Source of the DNA: Thermoproteota archaeon
GTDB taxonomy: Archaea > Korarchaeota > Korarchaeia > Korarchaeales > Korarchaeaceae
Direction of reading: 5' to 3'
Assembly: GCA_037917625.1 (NCBI GenBank)
Contig: JAVCBY010000109.1
Coordinates: 1 to 19,983, forward strand
Length of the DNA stretch: 19,983 bases
Shown here: piece after piece, positions 8,016 to 16,142 of the stretch
Layout: the number at the start of each line of letters is the position of its first letter
Position numbering within the stretch: the first letter of the stretch is position 1
Program-made: the position numbers and the translations under genes
The notes under the pieces: model-generated
Told to the model about the DNA's origin: nothing
Seen by the model: the letters and a program-made list of their open reading frames with translations, nothing else
Database searches by the model: none

Positions 8016-8470
8016 TGCGAATCACCTCTCTTCTCACGCGACTATGATTATATTTTAAGCATATTGGTTGCATTAATCGTACTATAATAGACGATATTAA
8101 TACCTAACGGCCCGCAATAGATAAGCTCTCACGACCCCTCAACGATGGAGAAAGTATCATTTAACCTCTGGCTGAGCTCACTCAGAAAAGCTCCTCCACT
8201 GAACTTGAAGAGAGCCTCTGAGCTTCAATCAGCTCTCTCGAATAAACTAAACTCTCCGCCCGAGGGCTTATATCAGTGATCAGCTACTTCACATCGATAA
8301 GCCCCTCATGATCGATATCTCGAGGCCACCGCTAACTCACGCTTCATGTATGGAGCTCAAATTGAGCGTCTCAAAACTTCAGATAGCATCGCTTAAGGTG
8401 AAATTAAATGATGACCTCAACTCTGATGATCTAAAGGGGACTGCGACTCTGAAAGATATATCTTAAAAAT

Positions 8471-9109
8471 TCACATTATTCCAGCTCTCTTAAGTGCCTT
8501 CTCTATCTCTACTATCCTATCTCGTATCTCCTTGAGATTCTCCTCAATGTATTCCCTGAGATCTCCTCTAAGAAGCCTTATCTCCTCCCTTGTCTTCTCA
8601 GATTCTTCCCTTATCGCTTTCAGAATCGCCCTCCCTAACTTCAAGTTCTTCTCCCCTAGCTCAACCGCTCTCTCGCTCAGCTTCAAGTTCTTCTCCCCTA
8701 ACTCCACAGCTCTCTCGCTCAACTCCACAGCTCTCTCGCTCAACTCCACAGCTCTCTCGCTCAACTCCACATTCCTATAGAGGAGCCTTCCAGCTGCATC
8801 CAGCCTCTCGAAGAGTTCCTCCGTCCATTCTCCTCTCCTTATCTCGAAGAAACTGAATTCCCCTGTCGCCTCCTGCCAGCTGACCTCGAGGCTCTCGACG
8901 AATATGGGGAACTTCTGTATCTTCACCAATTCGATGAACTGTTTGAGCTTCCCCTCATCCCCCTCCGCAACTATCTTGACATCGTAAGGCTTTAAGTTCT
9001 CAACGTAACCAGTGAGGCCCAACTTCCTAGCGATCCTCTCCACTTCATCCCTATAGCCAACTCTCTGAACTTCTCCCTTCGCTATGATCTCTACTCTCTT
9101 CATGACCAC
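8471..9109 (-). CDS. Acylphosphatase-like domain fused to a heptad-repeat coiled coil
   Basis: GEVQRVGYR and GYVEN match acylphosphatase GxVQGVGFR/GxVxN. The C-terminal half contains ELSERAV and ELGEKNL heptads. Confidence 0.85.
   Translation of the reverse strand: MVMKRVEIIAKGEVQRVGYRDEVERIARKLGLTGYVENLKPYDVKIVAEGDEGKLKQFIELVKIQKFPIFVESLEVSWQEATGEFSFFEIRRGEWTEELFERLDAAGRLLYRNVELSERAVELSERAVELSERAVELGEKNLKLSERAVELGEKNLKLGRAILKAIREESEKTREEIRLLRGDLREYIEENLKEIRDRIVEIEKALKRAGIM
8639..8771. repeat. In-frame tandem repeat with 21-bp units
   Basis: aactccacagctctctcgctc occurs 3 times exactly (8700-8762) plus a partial copy. There is also a 42-bp duplication at 8639-8680/8681-8722. Confidence 0.95.
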
Positions 9110-9274
9110 TTCTCCTATAGCCCCTAAAATTTAAAATTTAAGATTTAAAATTTTAAGAGTGAGGATCTAACCTCAATTTATCCTGTGAGCTCAAGCCCAC
9201 GAGGTTGGGCTCTCAATGAGGCTCACTCAAGTGATAGATTAAATATAATGAGCCAATAGGTATGAGGATGCCCT

Positions 9275-10432
9275 GTGAGCTCTAGGAACGTATCAGTGCT
9301 CTCAATAACTTCCTTCATGATAGACGTGGCCTTCAGCTCGTGGTGGATGATCCTCCCCCTCTACTTAGAGAGGTTGGGGGCTAGCGTATCAGAAGTGGGG
9401 ATGAGCTTCTCACTGATAGATATAGCTTGGGCCCTCTCCCAGCTACCCGGAGGCCTCCTCTCAGACAGATTCGGGAGGAAGATAATTATATTGTTATCGA
9501 CATCCACATTCATACCTTTCTTCGCATCTATGCTCTTCCTCAAGGACTGGCTCACAGTAGCTTTAGCAGTAGCTATATCCTCATTTTTCGCCGGCCTTCA
9601 GAATCCATCCTTCAGCTCGATGATAGCGGAATCCTCAGAGAAGCTCGGGGTGGCTAGGGCATTCGGGTTCTACAACTTCCTACTCAATTTAGGATGGGCC
9701 GTCGGTCCCCTCCTCGGATCCTTCATAATACCATCGTATGGTTTCGATCCCCTCTTCATACTGGGGGTAGTCACGAGCCTCTCCTGCCTCGTAGCTAGAG
9801 CTACTCTACTGAGAGAACCCCCGAAACTAGAGGGAAGTAGCTTCGGAGTGACTTTCATACCCCTCCTCATCTCCCTCTCAATATTCAACTTAGCTAATGG
9901 GCTGATCTCCCCCCTAATACCTATTTACGCTGAGAAATCCATGGGCTTCTCCATAGAGGAGATAGAATACATGTTCTTCATAGCTCAACTCCTCACCTCA
10001 ATCTCGAGCATCGCTGCGGGCTCCCTCGTGATGAAGATAGGGGGATTGAGAGGCTTGACATTGTCTTTCGCTCTCTCAGGGGTCTTTTCCTTTCTATGGG
10101 TCTTCTCGAGGACTTACGCAGCTTTCATATTCATCTCGCTCTACTACATGGCTCTCTTCTCCTTAGCTGAGGTCTCCTTCGGTACTTCGATCAGTGAGCT
10201 CACAGCTAGGGGTAGGAGGGCCACTGCCTTCGGGACAGCCACTGTGATCACTAGCCTATCTCACTCAGTTGGTTCTTACTTAGGCGGGATCCTCTGGGAG
10301 ATATCTAAGCCAGAAGCACCCTTCTTCCTAGCATCATCTATAATGCTGCTCTCTTCCTTGATCCTGAGAGCTGTTAGGCCTAATGCCACTCCTCCACTTC
10401 GTTATACCACTTCTCCTTCGTCCCTACCTTAG
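9275..10432 (+). CDS. MFS transporter
   Basis: Motif A GLLSDRFGRK; about 12 hydrophobic segments; 385 aa. Confidence 0.9.
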   Translation: MSSRNVSVLSITSFMIDVAFSSWWMILPLYLERLGASVSEVGMSFSLIDIAWALSQLPGGLLSDRFGRKIIILLSTSTFIPFFASMLFLKDWLTVALAVAISSFFAGLQNPSFSSMIAESSEKLGVARAFGFYNFLLNLGWAVGPLLGSFIIPSYGFDPLFILGVVTSLSCLVARATLLREPPKLEGSSFGVTFIPLLISLSIFNLANGLISPLIPIYAEKSMGFSIEEIEYMFFIAQLLTSISSIAAGSLVMKIGGLRGLTLSFALSGVFSFLWVFSRTYAAFIFISLYYMALFSLAEVSFGTSISELTARGRRATAFGTATVITSLSHSVGSYLGGILWEISKPEAPFFLASSIMLLSSLILRAVRPNATPPLRYTTSPSSLP

Positions 10433-11186
10433 CTCTCTTCTCCCACTTCTTAGATTTGGGGGTCTCATTCAGGTATTTGAGGAGTTCATCTATCCTAGAT
10501 CTCACTACAACTTTATGGGGCTCCTCGATATCATATTCATCTAACTTGCTCCTGAGTAACTGGAGGTTCGTCGTCACAGTGTACCAGAATCCCCAGTCAT
10601 CGAAGAGGCCCTGTATCTTAAATGCCTCCAAGTTTATCTTATCGTCATCATCCCAGCCCAGTTCATGAGCTCTGAGTAAAACTATAGAATCCTTGAAGTC
10701 CTTATCATTCATCCTGACTATTTGAAGTTTCTCCAAGAGTAGCTCAGCTAAGGGGAGCGTTAACGGATCCTTCTCGAGCCTCCCCTTGAACTCTATCGTG
10801 TGATTCATAGCCAACCTATCTAAGAAGACCTCAACCATAGGTATCCTCTCGCTATAATAGATCTGCCTGACCCTACCGTAGTACATGAGGAGCCTCTGAT
10901 CTACCTCATACCCTCTCTCAGCTAAGAACTTCGCTATCTTATCTCTCTCTTTAGAATAACCGGCTAGATCTATATCCGTGAAGACCCTAGCTCCAAGTCT
11001 CTTGAGCCTCTTCCATAGATCCTCATACTCCTTACTGTGCATGTAGATGGCCATACCTCCTATCACCCTCACGGTGATGCCTCTCTCCTTGGCCCCCTCA
11101 ACTATAGCTATAGCCTCTTCTATGAACTCCTCGGGAGACGGGTACTCCTCTATAGGTATCTCAGAGGGCAATCTGAACCTCTTCAT
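10380..11186 (-). CDS. Uncharacterised nucleotidyltransferase-fold protein (AbiEii/DUF1814/MenT-like motifs)
   Basis: IGGMAI, TDIDL, VEVF, LEKL and NDKDFKD motifs in canonical order. Confidence 0.7.
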   Translation of the reverse strand: MKRFRLPSEIPIEEYPSPEEFIEEAIAIVEGAKERGITVRVIGGMAIYMHSKEYEDLWKRLKRLGARVFTDIDLAGYSKERDKIAKFLAERGYEVDQRLLMYYGRVRQIYYSERIPMVEVFLDRLAMNHTIEFKGRLEKDPLTLPLAELLLEKLQIVRMNDKDFKDSIVLLRAHELGWDDDDKINLEAFKIQGLFDDWGFWYTVTTNLQLLRSKLDEYDIEEPHKVVVRSRIDELLKYLNETPKSKKWEKRAKVGTKEKWYNEVEEWH

Positions 11187-11190
11187 GATC

Positions 11191-12123
11191 TCACCCGGAT
11201 ACGAATGAATATCCCTTGATCTTCCCTCTCTCTATATCTATTAGGACTCCCTTGAGTATCCCCTCACCGTACTCACTGCCCGGGTTGAAGCAAGCAGTCC
11301 TCCCTACGTTGCAAACGCCTTTGGATTCGTGTATATGGCCGTGGAGCCCCATCATGGGCTGGTACTTCTCTATAGCTTTCCTAACAGCTACGCTGCCCAC
11401 GGGTATCATCTCACTTACTGATGGCGTCAGATCCTTCGAGAGCTTAGGAGCTAGATCTAAGCCTGAATCATAAGGTGGGGCATGGAAGTTGAATATAGCA
11501 TTCTCCATATTCTCCAGCTTCTTGACGAGGTCCTCTATCAGTTCCTCGAGCTTCTCCTCGGGGACCTCCCTGGGTGTGTTCCAGGGAGTCGGGTTAGAGT
11601 AAGGTAGGGTTATCATCTCATGATGCTCATCAACCCAGACCTTCTTCATGCCAGCGTTCACCACGAAATCGCTTGAATTCAGGACTTCCTCTATCTCCAT
11701 CGGGTCATCGTTTCCAGCCGCTATGAATATCTTCACGTTCTTCCCCCTCAATCTCTCCTCAGCCAGTCTGATCCAACTATTTAACCTGGCCTTTATGTTC
11801 TCGACGAAGAGCCTATCCTTGAGATCGGGGTTCCTCTCTACCTCCTCTAACTCCTCCTTCGTCACTACTATAGGGTAGTAACCGGCTATAGATATCCTCT
11901 TCTTGACATCATCGAGCTCCTTCTCCTTGAACTTATAGGTACCACCGAAGAAAGTGCTAACGTAAGTGTTATCGGGGTTCCTCACTATCGGTATTAGGAG
12001 CTTACCAGATAAATCACCGAGAAGTATGCCGACGTCAGCTTTGTATATGGGGATCGCGTTTAGGAATTTCCTAAATACATATTCAGAGCCATGGACATCC
12101 GTCACGAAGAGTATCCTGGTCAT
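11191..12123 (-). CDS. Calcineurin-like (Icc-related) metallophosphoesterase
   Basis: DVHG, GDL, GNDD, HAPP and GHIHE motifs. Confidence 0.9.
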   Translation of the reverse strand: MTRILFVTDVHGSEYVFRKFLNAIPIYKADVGILLGDLSGKLLIPIVRNPDNTYVSTFFGGTYKFKEKELDDVKKRISIAGYYPIVVTKEELEEVERNPDLKDRLFVENIKARLNSWIRLAEERLRGKNVKIFIAAGNDDPMEIEEVLNSSDFVVNAGMKKVWVDEHHEMITLPYSNPTPWNTPREVPEEKLEELIEDLVKKLENMENAIFNFHAPPYDSGLDLAPKLSKDLTPSVSEMIPVGSVAVRKAIEKYQPMMGLHGHIHESKGVCNVGRTACFNPGSEYGEGILKGVLIDIERGKIKGYSFVSG

Positions 12124-12179
12124 ATTGTCACCTCTCTACCGCAAATCGGCTCCTTATAAAAAATATAGTGTGGGTAGGA

Positions 12180-13820
12180 TCACTCCGGAGGTAGCTCCTT
12201 CCACGCTAGATCTATATCTATGCCCTTCTTCTTGTTCTTCCACCTCCAATATGCCCACCAGAGCATGCCGCCGGTCCAGACGAACAAGAAGGCTATCACT
12301 CCCTCTAAAGATATCCCCTCGAGCTCAGGCGTCGTGTAGTAGATGTACTCTATTATCGCGACGTTTATCAGATCTATCACTGCAGCTATCGTCACTATGT
12401 GAAGGGGTCCTATCCTCCAGTTCCTGTAGGGCGAGGTCTCCCATATAGATCTGACCTTCTTGACGAATGGGAATATCAGAGCGCCTATTGCGGTGACTCC
12501 CCACAAGGAGATGCCCTCAGTGGCAGGGCAGTCCAGCGAAGATATCGGACCAGCTCCTCCGAAGCAATAAAGAGCTATCCCGAGTTCGCTAGCTATGAAG
12601 AAGAAGGTCAAGTTCTTCACGGGTGATGCCCACTTGGGGTTCACCTCAGAGAACCACTTCGGCCCCATCCTGTCCATACCCCAAGCTACTGCTATCCTGC
12701 TAGCAGCTACGTAACCCAGAGGGATGTACATATAATCGCAGATTATGAAGCTGAGAGCGGCTATTATAGCTAGAGCGTAATGTAGCGGGTTAGATATGTC
12801 TAGGAAGACCCTAGTAATTCCCATTAAGTTGGGTGGGAAGGGCATGTTGTAGCCATCTAAGCCCACGTTGTCCGCTACCGAGAGAGCGTACATGAAGTCC
12901 CTCCCCACGACGCTCGGGAAGAGCATAGCGAATGCGAGGACGAATATAGCTGGAGCAACTACTGAGCTTATCTGAGCTATCATTATGTTCCTCTGGGGTC
13001 TCTTTATCTCACCAGCCATGACGTTCAGATCTAGGCCGTATCTAGCCCACCAGGCGTTCACCACAACTAAGCCGAGGGTCCCAGCGACTAGAGATGCAGT
13101 AGGGGCGAAGACCCTGGGATCAGCATCCATAGCTGCGCTTATCATACCCTCATAATCTAGGGAATTGTACTGAGCTGCCATCGCGTTCCAAGCTGCTACG
13201 AACTCCTCGTGAGAGTGCATGCCCAGTATGACACCTACTATAACGAGGAATACTATAGAGAGTACCATCATCGTCCTCTGATGCCAGAGGTACCATCTCA
13301 AGCCATAGAAAGTGAATAGATAGCCCAGGAAGTTCACTATGGAAGCTATTATGAACTTGCCTAGTGGAGTGGCGCACCACTCAGCAGCTTCAGGCATCTC
13401 CAGCATCCCGAAGAGAGTGGTCAACCCGGGATCGGCGACCCATGGGGCTAATATTATCCCCCAGAGCCACCAAACGAAATATTCAGCGAAGCTGACGGCC
13501 ATCCCTATCGCTGGGTGGAGTATCCTCGTGTTGTAAACGTAGCTTCCTCCACTCCTGGGCATGGAAGCCCCCAGGATCCCCCACACGAGGGCAGCTCCGA
13601 AGACCCCAAAGAAAGTAGCTATCCATATGGAGCTCAGTATATCCCCGGATGGGAAGAGCCATATTCCCCAGCTTAACAACGTCCATATAGCGACAGCTGG
13701 TCCTTGGTTGAGGAAACCGAAGGAGAAGGCATCTATTAGGCTGGCTTCCCTCACTAGACCGCTCGCCCTTCTCGCGAAAACTTCCTTTGGAACAATTCCA
13801 CTCGATCCCTCTCCCGACAT
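12180..13820 (-). CDS. APC-family amino acid permease
   Basis: FARRASGLVR, MPRSGGSYVY, AGEIKRP and SRIAVAWGMDR motifs; about 12 TM segments; ATG at 13820. Confidence 0.9.
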   Translation of the reverse strand: MSGEGSSGIVPKEVFARRASGLVREASLIDAFSFGFLNQGPAVAIWTLLSWGIWLFPSGDILSSIWIATFFGVFGAALVWGILGASMPRSGGSYVYNTRILHPAIGMAVSFAEYFVWWLWGIILAPWVADPGLTTLFGMLEMPEAAEWCATPLGKFIIASIVNFLGYLFTFYGLRWYLWHQRTMMVLSIVFLVIVGVILGMHSHEEFVAAWNAMAAQYNSLDYEGMISAAMDADPRVFAPTASLVAGTLGLVVVNAWWARYGLDLNVMAGEIKRPQRNIMIAQISSVVAPAIFVLAFAMLFPSVVGRDFMYALSVADNVGLDGYNMPFPPNLMGITRVFLDISNPLHYALAIIAALSFIICDYMYIPLGYVAASRIAVAWGMDRMGPKWFSEVNPKWASPVKNLTFFFIASELGIALYCFGGAGPISSLDCPATEGISLWGVTAIGALIFPFVKKVRSIWETSPYRNWRIGPLHIVTIAAVIDLINVAIIEYIYYTTPELEGISLEGVIAFLFVWTGGMLWWAYWRWKNKKKGIDIDLAWKELPPE

Positions 13821-13925
13821 GCACAACCCCCCAAATCGGGGCTCTATTTATGGATCCATGCTAGATTTAAGCATTGCGTTTCGACAAAGGGTGGATAAAA
13901 TAATTAAAAAATTTTAATGATAGAA

Positions 13926-13970
13926 AGGAGCTCTCATGCTCCTCCGGGGAGAGGATTGAAGGTCCCCTCC
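13926..13970 (-). terminator. Twin GC-rich hairpins followed by U-rich tracts after the dehydratase gene
   Basis: The minus strand reads GGAGGGGA-ccttcaa-TCCTCTCC and AGGAGC-atgaga-GCTCCT, then ttttttaattatttt. Confidence 0.45.
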
Positions 13971-13996
13971 TTCCGTATATTTTTTTAAGATAGAAT

Positions 13997-15034
13997 TCAC
14001 CTGAGGAAGAACCCATATCTCAGGGGATCCTCTGGATCTATGAGGAAAGTGTTCTTAGCTATTATATATGCATCTCCGCTTACTTCAGGTATGATAGCTT
14101 CGTAAGGCCCATATCTCACCCTCTCAACTATCCTTCCCTTGAACTTCGTATTTATTATGCTCTCAAATACTAGCTCCTCACCTATGCTGACTTCGTTCCT
14201 CGCTAGTAAAATGGGCAACCTCGCGCTGACACCAGTCCCAGTGGGGCACCTATCAACTTCACCCTCAGCGAAGATCGTGACGTGCCTGCTATGAGATCCC
14301 TCCTCCATAGGTGGGCACACGAATATCGTCCCGTATAGGAAGCTGAGGTCCCTCTCAAACGGATGCTCTATATTCAAGCTCCTCATGACTGCTCTCTTTA
14401 TCCTTATCCCCACATCTATGAGCTCCCTATACCCCTCGGGGATGCACTTCAATCCTAGCTGCTCTGAGTCGACGAAAGCGTAGAAAGCCCCTCCGAATGC
14501 CACATCATACCTTACCCTCCCGATCCCCTCAACTTCTACCTCCCTATCGAGAGCGTAAACGAATGAAGGCACGTTCCTGAATCTCACCCTCCCTATCTTG
14601 CCGTTTTTGACCTCAACGTAAGCCTTGACTAGACCTGAGGGTGTCTCTATCCTAACTTCCGTTAGGGGCTCAGTAGCATCGACGATACCAGTTAGCACAG
14701 CTACTTTAGCTAAAGCTATCACAGCGTGACCGCATCCAGTACTGTAGCCCTCATTGTGCATGAATATCACTCCGAAGTGCGCTTCAGGAGAGGAAGGCTC
14801 TGTTATCACCGCACCGTACATATCAGCGTGACCCCTGGGCTCTAAAATTAGGGCTCTCCTCATGTGATCCAAATTCTCCATGAAGTACCTCCTCTTCTCC
14901 AGCAAGTTGTTTCCTTCAATATAAGGGATCCCCGAGGTTATTATCCTGAGGGGCTCCCCCTCCGTATGCGTCTCTAAAGTCGTTATCTTCAACCAGCTGG
15001 CTGGCGGTTCCCAATCCCTGAGCTCACTCTCCAA
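13997..15034 (-). CDS. Proline racemase family, Cys/Thr type: probable trans-3-hydroxy-L-proline dehydratase
   Basis: HTEGEPLRI, EPRGHADMYG, STGCGH (Cys), DVAFGGAFY and DRCPTGTG (Thr at the second catalytic site). Confidence 0.82.
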   Translation of the reverse strand: MESELRDWEPPASWLKITTLETHTEGEPLRIITSGIPYIEGNNLLEKRRYFMENLDHMRRALILEPRGHADMYGAVITEPSSPEAHFGVIFMHNEGYSTGCGHAVIALAKVAVLTGIVDATEPLTEVRIETPSGLVKAYVEVKNGKIGRVRFRNVPSFVYALDREVEVEGIGRVRYDVAFGGAFYAFVDSEQLGLKCIPEGYRELIDVGIRIKRAVMRSLNIEHPFERDLSFLYGTIFVCPPMEEGSHSRHVTIFAEGEVDRCPTGTGVSARLPILLARNEVSIGEELVFESIINTKFKGRIVERVRYGPYEAIIPEVSGDAYIIAKNTFLIDPEDPLRYGFFLR

Positions 15035-15077
15035 GGTATCAACCCGCTGAAAAGTGAGGTGAATAATAAAAAAGTAT

Positions 15078-16142
15078 TTAGGAGCTAGCTATGCTGCTCT
15101 TCACCCTCTCCCTAACATCCTTCGGTATATATGGCCTCTCAGGAAGCACTCCCTGAGGCCTGTAAATCAATATGAGCGCTGTTATAGCCCCAAGGAGGAT
15201 CTGATAGAGCCAGATCACATCAAAGGGTAGGAGGCCGACGAACTCGTGCTTGTAGTACGTTATGAACCTGTCTAAGGCGACGAAAACTGTAGTACCTACG
15301 AGCGCACCCTTATTATTACCTAGACCTCCCAGTAATATCATGAGCCAGGGGAGGAAGGTCCAGTTGAACCTGAAGAACTGTCCGGGCATCACGCTCCCGT
15401 TGAAGAAAGCCCATAGGACGCCAGTTATCCCGCAGAACGCGGATCCTATCACTATAGCTATAGCCCTATATTTCACTAAGCTCTTACCTAAAGCGGCAGC
15501 TGCGACTTCATTATCCCTTATTGCCTTCATAGTCCTACCTATGGGCGTCCTCCCTAAGTACTCAGCGTAAGCGTATATGATCAGGGCTATTATGAGCATA
15601 GCAGCTGTCATAGCGACTATAGTATTTTTCCCAGCCCATCCGAAGACTGATGGAACTTGCACCCCGTATTCTCCACCTATCAATGGTCTATAAGCCCTAG
15701 CAATTACGTTCGCTATCTCACCGAATGCCAGGAGCGTTAAACCCAAATAATCGATCCTCAGCCTTATCGCCGGGCCGACCTGAACTAGTCCGAGGACTGC
15801 GCCGATTATAGCACCTATTATCAAGCATATTATGAAGAGGGCCATCGATAGAAGGGGATTAGAGCTAAGGATAGGGTTTATAAGGGCTATCACACCCGAG
15901 CTCTCGTATATCGGATCTAGCTCCGTCTTTATCCCGAGGATCCACATGGCCAGTCTCGTGGAGAGATTCCCCATTACATATGCGGTCCCAGCTATGGGGA
16001 ATACTAATCCGAACTGTGGGATCCCAGCATACCCTCTCTGTATGTTCAGACTCACACTCGCTATCAAGTATACGGAATATACTGCTATGAAGCTCGTAAC
16101 GAATAATAAGATTTGCTCAAATATCTGCTCCATCTCAAACAC
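15078..16142 (-). CDS. livM: Liv-type ABC transporter permease (LivM-like)
   Basis: GYAGIPQFG, RLRIDYLGLTLLAFGE, AIRDNEVAAAALG, LGGLGN and RPQG motifs. Confidence 0.88.
   Translation of the reverse strand: MFEMEQIFEQILLFVTSFIAVYSVYLIASVSLNIQRGYAGIPQFGLVFPIAGTAYVMGNLSTRLAMWILGIKTELDPIYESSGVIALINPILSSNPLLSMALFIICLIIGAIIGAVLGLVQVGPAIRLRIDYLGLTLLAFGEIANVIARAYRPLIGGEYGVQVPSVFGWAGKNTIVAMTAAMLIIALIIYAYAEYLGRTPIGRTMKAIRDNEVAAAALGKSLVKYRAIAIVIGSAFCGITGVLWAFFNGSVMPGQFFRFNWTFLPWLMILLGGLGNNKGALVGTTVFVALDRFITYYKHEFVGLLPFDVIWLYQILLGAITALILIYRPQGVLPERPYIPKDVRERVKSSIASS

Noticed and set aside
8639-8771. CRISPR-like repeats
   Set aside because: Head-to-tail in-frame coding repeats with no spacers.
9185-9210. 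Hairpin agccca/tgggct preceded by tgtgagct, resembling the IS right end at 151-158
   Set aside because: Only 8 bp are shared and the hairpin spacing and sequence differ; insufficient for an IS remnant.
10537-10548. 12-nt match (tcatctaacttg) to the predicted omegaRNA guide
   Set aside because: The TAM-proximal seed does not match and there is no adjacent TTTAT; compatible with chance.
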